Source of the DNA: an uncultured Akkermansia sp. | GTDB taxonomy: Bacteria > Verrucomicrobiota > Verrucomicrobiia > Opitutales > Opitutaceae | Assembly (NCBI GenBank): GCA_964438755.1 | Contig: CAYTLL010000009.1 | Location: 29,518-93,517 of the forward strand | DNA: 64,000 nt | Direction of reading: 5' to 3' | Shown: piece by piece, positions 53,736 through 60,644 of the stretch | How positions within the stretch are numbered: the stretch's first letter is position 1 | How the letters are laid out: the number at the start of each line of letters is the position of its first letter | The notes under the pieces: model-generated | What the model saw: the letters and a program-made list of their open reading frames with translations, nothing else | Told to the model about the DNA's origin: nothing | The model's database searches: none | Position numbers and translations under genes: made by a program

Positions 53736-54331
53736 TTGCGCGGTGGCGTCGCGCCCTTTTCGGGCGGATTCGCGCCCGGATCCTGGCGGACGAGCCGGTA
53801 AAGGGAGGCGCGGGCGTAGGCCCACTGGCGATTGAGGGTGCGTTCGCTGACGCCGAGGATTTCGGCGATCTCCTCGTTGGTGAAGCCGCCGAAGAACTTG
53901 TAGGTCACGAGACGCGCGCTCTCGGGGTCCTCGGCCTCGAGCCGGGTGAGGGCTTCGTTGACCAGAAGCACCCGCTCGTCGGGCTGCGGGCTGCTGAGAT
54001 TAAGGTCGGCGATGTCGACCGGCTCCATCATGCGGCCGCGTTTGCGCGTGGCCTTTTTGCGCGCGAGGTCGACGAGGATGTGGCGCATCGCCAGGGCGGC
54101 GGCGCGAAAGAAGTGCTGGCGATCGTTCCAGTTGCGCTCGCCTTGGTGGGCGAGGCGAAGCCAGGCCTCGTGGACGAGGGCGGTGGGTTGCAGGGTGACG
54201 GGCCCGTCCTCGCGTCGCAGGCGCCGGGCGGCGAGCCGGCGCAATTCGTCGTAAACGAGCGGCAGCAACTTTTCCGGAGCTCCGGGATCCCCTTGTTCCG
54301 CGGCGCGCAGGAGTTGGGTGATCTCGCTCAT
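53732..54331 (-). CDS. ECF sigma factor, TIGR02999 / Sigma70_ECF type (module 2)
   Basis: The N-terminus is MSEITQLLRAAEQGDPGAPEKLLPLVYDELRRLAARRLRREDGPVTLQPTALVHEAWLRL. Region 4 is FFGGFTNEEIAEILGVSERTLNRQWAYARASL. Confidence 0.9.
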   Translation of the reverse strand: MSEITQLLRAAEQGDPGAPEKLLPLVYDELRRLAARRLRREDGPVTLQPTALVHEAWLRLAHQGERNWNDRQHFFRAAALAMRHILVDLARKKATRKRGRMMEPVDIADLNLSSPQPDERVLLVNEALTRLEAEDPESARLVTYKFFGGFTNEEIAEILGVSERTLNRQWAYARASLYRLVRQDPGANPPEKGATPPRK

Positions 54332-54574
54332 GAAGGGGTTCGCGGAAGGTGGGGTGTCGGGCTGCGCGGGGCAAACGCGGTGGAGGAATGAGCGCCCGCG
54401 TCGGGAGGCGACAATTCCATTTTATCGGTTTTGAGGGGTGATTTCTTCTCCGCTTGGGGCGTGGTGGCGAATCTTTACGGTAAATACCCATTTTGCTTGT
54501 CGGGCGAGGAAGCCGTTTGCCGCGAGTTAAGGACGTCTTCAGGGTGCGTGGTCGTTTTCTAATCACCCCACCCC

Positions 54575-57500
54575 ATGTTCCGGCGCCCCTTCCTCGTCCG
54601 CGCGGCTTCGCTTTGCGTAGTCGCCTGCCTTCCCTCCGCAAACGCCGCCCTGACCCAGCGTTGGTCCTTCAATTCCGCTTCCGGCTCGGCCGCGAACGGG
54701 ACCGCGCTCTCCGACTCGGTGGGCGGCATGACGGCGACGGTCCGCGGCGTGGGCGCCACGTTCAACGGTTCCGCCCTCGTCCTGCCCGGCACGACCACGG
54801 GCAACGTCACCCCGGCGACCATCTCCGCCTACCTGGACCTCCCCAACGGCGTCCTTTCGAGCCGGGAAAACGTCTCCATCGAGCTCTGGGTCACGCCCGT
54901 GGCCTCGCTCAATTTCCAGCGGATCTTCGATTTCGGCGCCTCCAGCGCCGGCGACGGCCTCGGCGCCGCGGGCGAGTGGACCGGCGGCGGCACGGTCGCC
55001 CCCAACAACGTCACCGCCTCCGACGAGTTCGGCCTCACCACCAACGTCGGGACGAACATCAACACCCAGCGCTTGTATGGCCGCCTCAACTACGACCAGG
55101 CCGGCGCGCTCAATCTCTACGCGGACAGCGCGCTGACCACCACGCTCGGCCAGCGCTACCACTACGTCGTCACCTACGCCAAGGGCGTCGGCGCTTACGC
55201 CGCGACCGGCGGCGGCCAGCAGAAATGGTATCGCGACGGCGCCCTCGTCGCCACGTTGGACCTGCCCTACGCGCTTTCGACGATCAACGACGTCAACAAC
55301 TGGATCGGCCGCTCCCAGTTCTCCGCCGACCCGCTCTCGCGCATCAACATCGACGAGCTCCGGCTCTACGACCACGCCCTCGGCGCGACGGAGGTCTCCG
55401 CCAATCGCGACGGCGGCCCCGACCAGATCGTCACGCCTCCCGCGCCGGTTCCCGCGCCGACGCCCAACCACCTCTGGACGTTCAACGTCCAGGCCGATTC
55501 CACCGTCGATTCCGGGCTCGTCTTCACCGATTCCGTCGGCGGCATGGCCGCCACCGTGCGCGGCAACGGGGCCACGCTCACCGGCACCGCGCTTCGCCTC
55601 CCGGGCACGACCGACGGCAACCAGACCGCCGCCTCGATCTCCGCCTATCTCGACCTGCCGAACGGCATCATCTCCGCGCGCTCCGCCATCACCTTCGAGG
55701 CCTGGGCCACCCCGCGCTCGTCCAAGAACTGGCAGCGCCTCTTCGACTTCGGCCGCTGCGCGACCACGTCGGGCGCCGGCGCGGCGACGGGCGAGATCGT
55801 CGACGGCCCCGCCATCCCCGGGGCCACCGCCGGCTACGACAACCTCGGCCTCACCCTTAACACCGGCACCAACCTCAACAGCCAGCAGCTCGAGGGCCAA
55901 TACGACGGCAACGCTCCTGTCTACTCCAGCACCACCGCCGCCACCACGGCCGGCACCGAGTATCACTACGTTTTCGTCATCGAGGACGGCGTCGGCACCT
56001 ACGGCGCCACCGGTTGCCGCGCCCGCTGGTATCGCAACGGCGTCCTCCAGAACTCCATGGATTTCGCCTTCCTCTCGGGCGACATGGAGGATGTGAACAA
56101 CTGGATCGGCCGCTCGCTGTATACCGGTGACTCCAACTCCAACTTGGATCTGAACGAGCTGCGGATCTACAACCGCGCCATCACGCCCGCCGAGGTCCTC
56201 GCCAGCTACACCGCCGGCGCCGATCCGGCCTCGGGACCGCCCGAACCGCTCCCTCCCGCCCCGCTCCCGGTCAATCGCTGGTCGTTTGACAACGCCTCCG
56301 GCGCCGCCGCTTCCGGCACCGCGCTCGTCGACAGTTCCGGTCGCGAGACGCTCACCGTCCGCGGCGTCGGCGCGACGTTCAACGGTTCGTCCGTCGTCCT
56401 TCCCGGCACCACCAACGGCAACCAGACCGCCGCCGCCATCTCCGCCTACCTCGACCTCCGCAACGGTTTCGTGTCGTCCCGCTCCAGCCTCACCTTCGAG
56501 GCCTGGGTCACGCCGGTCTCCTCGAAGAACTGGCAGCGCCTCTTCGATTTCGGCAACTGCTCGATCACCAGCGGCACCGGTGCGGCCGCGGGCGAGATCG
56601 TCGACGGCGCCGCCGCCCCCGGGGGCTTTGTCGCCAACGACAACCTCTTCCTCTCCCTGAACGTCGGCACCGTTCTCGGCAGCCACCGTCTCGCCGCCAA
56701 GGTCGACGGCGGCACCGAGACCGGCCTCAACACCGACCTCTCCTCCATCACCGTCGCCGGCACCGAATACCACTACGTCCTCACCGTGGAGGACGGCGCG
56801 GGCGTCTACGGCGCCGCCGGCTGCCGTGTCCGCTGGTTCCGCAACGGCGAGCAGCAGGGCTCCGCCGATCTTTCCTATCGCCTCGCCGACCTCAGCGACG
56901 CGAACAACTGGATCGGCCGCTCCAACTGGGCCGCCGACAACAACTCCAACCTCTCGCTCAACGAGCTCCGCGTCTATGATCGCGCCATCTCGCCCGCCGA
57001 GGTGATCAGTAGCTACCAGGCCGGCCCGTCCGTCGTTTTCCCCGCGCCCACGCTCGTCGCCGACTCCGCGACCATCCAGCCGGGGCAAAAGGTCCTGCTC
57101 GACGTCCTCGCCAACGATTCCGGCGGCCCCATCCCGGCCTCCCTGCAAATCGTGTCTCCGCCCCAGGCCGGCACGGCCGTGATCCGCGACGGCAAGATCC
57201 TCTACTCCCACGCCGGCTCCGCCCCCGGACCCGTCACCTTCACCTACCGCGTCGCCAACGTCAGCGGCGCCAGCGCCGACGCTGTCGTGACCATCCGGCT
57301 CGCCGCCGGGCTTCGCATCGACAACCCGGCCATCGCCATGCCCGCCTCGCCGCCGCCGACCTTCTACCAGACGGTCGACGCCATCCCCGGCGTCAGCTTC
57401 AGCGAACCCGTCGCCATCGCCACGCAGCCCGGCGACACCCGCCGCGTCTACGTCTGCGAGCGCATGGCCAAGATCCAGCTCGTCCCCGACATCACCGCCG

Positions 57501-59968
57501 CCGCGCCGGCCAAGCAGCTCTTCCTCGATCTCGCGCAGGTCGTCGCCGGCCGCACCCCCGCCGAGACCCTGGTCAACGGCGCCAACTACGAGTTCGGCCT
57601 CCTCGGCCTCGCCTTCCACCCCCAGTATTCGAGCAACGGATACTTCTTTGTCGCCTACTCCGTGCAGATCAACGGCGTCGTCTACGAGCGCATCTCGCGT
57701 TTCAAGGTCGCCTCGGCCAACCCCGACGCCGCCGACCCCGCCTCGGAGCTCGTGCTTCTCCAACAGCTCGACGAGGGCGCCAACCACAACGGCGGCGACC
57801 TCCATTTCGGTGCGGACGGCTACCTCTACTACGCCGCCGGCGACGAGGAGAACCCGAACGACTTCCGCGCCAACAGCCAGCGTCTCGACAAGGATTTCTT
57901 CGCCGGAATCTTCCGCCTCGATGTGGACAAGCGCCCGGGCAACCTCGAGCCCACCGCGCACGCCGCCATCCCCACCGACAACGGCGTCGCCCGCTTCTCC
58001 GTGCCCGTCGACAATCCCTTCGTCCCCGTCGCGCGCGGCGGCGCCTGGGACGGCACCTTCACCGGCCTCGCGGTCACCGACATGACCAAGCTGCGCATGG
58101 AATACTGGGCGGTCGGACTCCGCCACGCCTGGCGCTTCTCCTTCGATTCGCTCACCGGCGATCTCTGGGCGGGCGACGTGGGCCAGAACACCTACGAGGA
58201 GATCAACCGCGTCGTGAAGGGCGGCAACTACGGCTGGGTCTGGCGCGAGGGTTTCACCGACACGACCTTCGCCACCAATCCGACCAAGCCCGCCAACTTC
58301 ACCTCGATCGATCCGGTCTGGGCCTACCCGCATACCTCCGTCGCCGGCGCCGATCCCCAGTTTGCCGGCAACTCGGTCGTGGGCGGCGTGGTTTATCGCG
58401 GCGCCCGTTTCCCCGCCCTCTACGGCCAGTATGTCTTCTGCGACTCCGTTTCCGGCCACATTTGGAAACTCGATCCCGCGACCAAGGCCGTCTCGCGTCT
58501 CACCGGCGTGCCCGGCGTCTACGGCGGCCTCGTCAGCATGGGCGTCGATCCCTCCAACCAGGACCTGCTCTTCGCCGACTACCTGAACAGCCGTATCATC
58601 CGCCTCGTCACCGGCACCTCGACGAGCAGCTTCCCCGCGACCCTGGGCGCCACCGGCCTTTTCGCCGATCTCGCCGACCTCTCGCCCAGCCCGGGTTTGG
58701 TTCCTTATCAGGTCAATCTGCCCTTCTGGAGCGACCACGCCGTCAAACGCCGCTGGTTCGGCATCCCGGGCGCGGCCAAGGTCTCGCCCCAGCGCGACGC
58801 CAACTGGAGCTATCCCTCCGGACTGGTTCTGGTGAAGCATTTCGACCTCGATCTCACCCGCGGTGATTCCTCCACCCGCCGTCGCATCGAGACGCGCGTC
58901 CTCGTGAAGAACGACGCCGGCTTCTACGGCGTGAGCTACCGTTGGAACGACGCGCAGACCGACGCCACGCTCGTGCCCGACGAAGGCGTCGAGTTCGACC
59001 TCGCGATCAACGACGGCGGCGTCCTTCGCACCCAGCGTTGGGGCATTCCCAGCCGCTCTAGTTGCCTCACCTGCCATACGCCGCAGGCCGGCGGCGCGCT
59101 TTCCTTCAACACCCGCCAGCTCAATCGCGACGGTTCGATTCACGGATATCTCGGCAACCAGCTCGCGACGTTGGAGAACGCCGGCTACTTCTCCACCTCC
59201 CTCGGCGACCCCGTCGCGCTGCCCCGCCATGTGCGACCCGACGAGACGCTCTACTCCGTCGAGGCGCGCGCCCGTTCCTACCTCGCGGTCAACTGCTCCT
59301 ATTGCCATCGCGCCGACGGCACGGTCGCCGGCGCCTTCTGGGATGGCCGCGCCCATCTGAGCCTGACGCAGACCAATCTGATCAACGGTCCCGCGCTCAA
59401 CAACGGGGGCAGCGCCGCCAACCGCCTCGTGGTGCCGGGCGATCTCTCGCACTCGATCGTCTACAACCGCGTCGCCGTCCAAAACGGCTTCACCCGCATG
59501 CCGCCGCTGGGCAGCACCGAGCTCGACCAGACGGCCATCGCGCTCCTGACGGAGTGGATCTCCGCGCTCGGCGCCCGCGCCGACTACCCCGCCTGGCGCC
59601 TTGCCACCTTCGGAAGCGCATCCTCCGCGAACGGCGCCGAAAACGCCGACCCCGACGGCGACGGCCAGGACAACCTCTCGGAGTTCATCTCCTTCACCGA
59701 TCCCCTGGATCCTTCCAGCGCATTGCGCACCACGATCTCGGGCGCCGGCGTCGGCGAAAGCGCCACGATCACCGTGTCCTTCGTGTTGCCGCCCGACCGC
59801 GCCTGGGCGCTGGAGACCTCCACCGATCTGGCCAACTGGGCCCCGTGGACTCCCGCCGGCGCCGATGGCGTGCCGCGCGCCAGCGCCACCACGATCTCGC
59901 TCAGCTCCGCCGCGCCTGACGCCGTCACCGCCCGCCGCTTCTTCCGTCTGCGCCTCTCCGTGCCCTGA
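54575..59968 (+). CDS. Giant secreted protein: 3x LamG + cadherin/Ig-like + PQQ-dependent sugar dehydrogenase-like beta-propeller + region with two CxxCH haem-c motifs + C-terminal module
   Basis: The signal peptide is MFRRPFLVRAASLCVVACLPSANA. The three LamG repeats carry NFQRIFDFG, NWQRLFDFGRC and NWQRLFDFGNC, each ending in (D/N)ELR(L/I/V)Y(D/N). The sGDH-type motifs are GLLGLAFHPQY, NHNGGDLHFGADGYLYYAAGD and GLRHAWRFSFDSLTGDLWAGDVGQNTYEEINRVVKGGNYGW. CLTCH lies at 59063-59077 and CSYCH at 59294-59308. Confidence 0.85.
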   Translation: MFRRPFLVRAASLCVVACLPSANAALTQRWSFNSASGSAANGTALSDSVGGMTATVRGVGATFNGSALVLPGTTTGNVTPATISAYLDLPNGVLSSRENVSIELWVTPVASLNFQRIFDFGASSAGDGLGAAGEWTGGGTVAPNNVTASDEFGLTTNVGTNINTQRLYGRLNYDQAGALNLYADSALTTTLGQRYHYVVTYAKGVGAYAATGGGQQKWYRDGALVATLDLPYALSTINDVNNWIGRSQFSADPLSRINIDELRLYDHALGATEVSANRDGGPDQIVTPPAPVPAPTPNHLWTFNVQADSTVDSGLVFTDSVGGMAATVRGNGATLTGTALRLPGTTDGNQTAASISAYLDLPNGIISARSAITFEAWATPRSSKNWQRLFDFGRCATTSGAGAATGEIVDGPAIPGATAGYDNLGLTLNTGTNLNSQQLEGQYDGNAPVYSSTTAATTAGTEYHYVFVIEDGVGTYGATGCRARWYRNGVLQNSMDFAFLSGDMEDVNNWIGRSLYTGDSNSNLDLNELRIYNRAITPAEVLASYTAGADPASGPPEPLPPAPLPVNRWSFDNASGAAASGTALVDSSGRETLTVRGVGATFNGSSVVLPGTTNGNQTAAAISAYLDLRNGFVSSRSSLTFEAWVTPVSSKNWQRLFDFGNCSITSGTGAAAGEIVDGAAAPGGFVANDNLFLSLNVGTVLGSHRLAAKVDGGTETGLNTDLSSITVAGTEYHYVLTVEDGAGVYGAAGCRVRWFRNGEQQGSADLSYRLADLSDANNWIGRSNWAADNNSNLSLNELRVYDRAISPAEVISSYQAGPSVVFPAPTLVADSATIQPGQKVLLDVLANDSGGPIPASLQIVSPPQAGTAVIRDGKILYSHAGSAPGPVTFTYRVANVSGASADAVVTIRLAAGLRIDNPAIAMPASPPPTFYQTVDAIPGVSFSEPVAIATQPGDTRRVYVCERMAKIQLVPDITAAAPAKQLFLDLAQVVAGRTPAETLVNGANYEFGLLGLAFHPQYSSNGYFFVAYSVQINGVVYERISRFKVASANPDAADPASELVLLQQLDEGANHNGGDLHFGADGYLYYAAGDEENPNDFRANSQRLDKDFFAGIFRLDVDKRPGNLEPTAHAAIPTDNGVARFSVPVDNPFVPVARGGAWDGTFTGLAVTDMTKLRMEYWAVGLRHAWRFSFDSLTGDLWAGDVGQNTYEEINRVVKGGNYGWVWREGFTDTTFATNPTKPANFTSIDPVWAYPHTSVAGADPQFAGNSVVGGVVYRGARFPALYGQYVFCDSVSGHIWKLDPATKAVSRLTGVPGVYGGLVSMGVDPSNQDLLFADYLNSRIIRLVTGTSTSSFPATLGATGLFADLADLSPSPGLVPYQVNLPFWSDHAVKRRWFGIPGAAKVSPQRDANWSYPSGLVLVKHFDLDLTRGDSSTRRRIETRVLVKNDAGFYGVSYRWNDAQTDATLVPDEGVEFDLAINDGGVLRTQRWGIPSRSSCLTCHTPQAGGALSFNTRQLNRDGSIHGYLGNQLATLENAGYFSTSLGDPVALPRHVRPDETLYSVEARARSYLAVNCSYCHRADGTVAGAFWDGRAHLSLTQTNLINGPALNNGGSAANRLVVPGDLSHSIVYNRVAVQNGFTRMPPLGSTELDQTAIALLTEWISALGARADYPAWRLATFGSASSANGAENADPDGDGQDNLSEFISFTDPLDPSSALRTTISGAGVGESATITVSFVLPPDRAWALETSTDLANWAPWTPAGADGVPRASATTISLSSAAPDAVTARRFFRLRLSVP

Positions 59969-60644
59969 GCGCGAGGTCGGCGATCTTTTGGGGCAAGGTC
60001 TTGGCGCTTGAACGCCTTGGCCTTGCCTCGAGCAAAGAACGCTCCGGCTTGTTTCCGCGGGAGGGCAGGGGCGTGGCGGTCGAGTGCGTTCTCGCGCCGC
60101 CGCAGGGAAAAGAAGCTGCCTGAAATGAGCGGACGTCGCTTTCCCGGCTGGATGTTAAGTCAACGAAGGAGCTTATAGGCCAAGGGCTTCGATTTCTCTT
60201 TGTTGCGCTTGGGATTGTCCTGCCCGCCTCCGTTCGGCGCGCCGATGAGCAGACTGATCTATTTGTGAAACCGAGACTAAGCGATTTTCGCCGCGGATTG
60301 GCGTCGGAGGCGACGAGTGACGCCGGGGTGATCGTTCGTTTCGGTGCTCGGCCGCGTCGCGACAGGAAATTCGTTTCGGCCGTTTTGGAGTTTTTCCTCA
60401 TTCGGTCGCGTGTTGCCTGCCCTTTTGGCCGCGCAACTTTATTTCCCGCAATGTCATCCGTGTTCGATCTCCCGGGATGCTCATGCGGAAGTGGGCGCCG
60501 CCCGCGATTTTAGATTCGTGGAAAAATAATCCGAACTTCTTGGCGCAAGTCGCCGCGCTTTCTCGTTCCTATCTGTTCAAGCCCCTCTCGCGCCCGCGTG
60601 GACACCCCTCTCCGCGCCACCCCCTTTTTGTTGTTATCCAGACC

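Noticed and set aside
54563-59482. 1639-aa minus-strand ORF opposite the LamG-dehydrogenase-cytochrome gene. I treated other long antisense or off-frame ORFs the same way (10111-12876, 14577-17507, 17538-20042, 35954-38353, 38643-41366, 44373-46850, 50148-53801, 50050-52281, 61434-63851).
   Set aside because: All are low-complexity G/A/R/P/D-rich translations with no family motifs. Each lies opposite, or out of frame with, an ORF that has strong family signatures.
59925-60401. 158-aa minus-strand ORF and two short plus-strand ORFs (60265-60513, 60344-60529) in the long leader
   Set aside because: They are R/S/A-rich with no motif, overlap each other, and one overlaps the end of gene 54575. 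I treated the region as non-coding.
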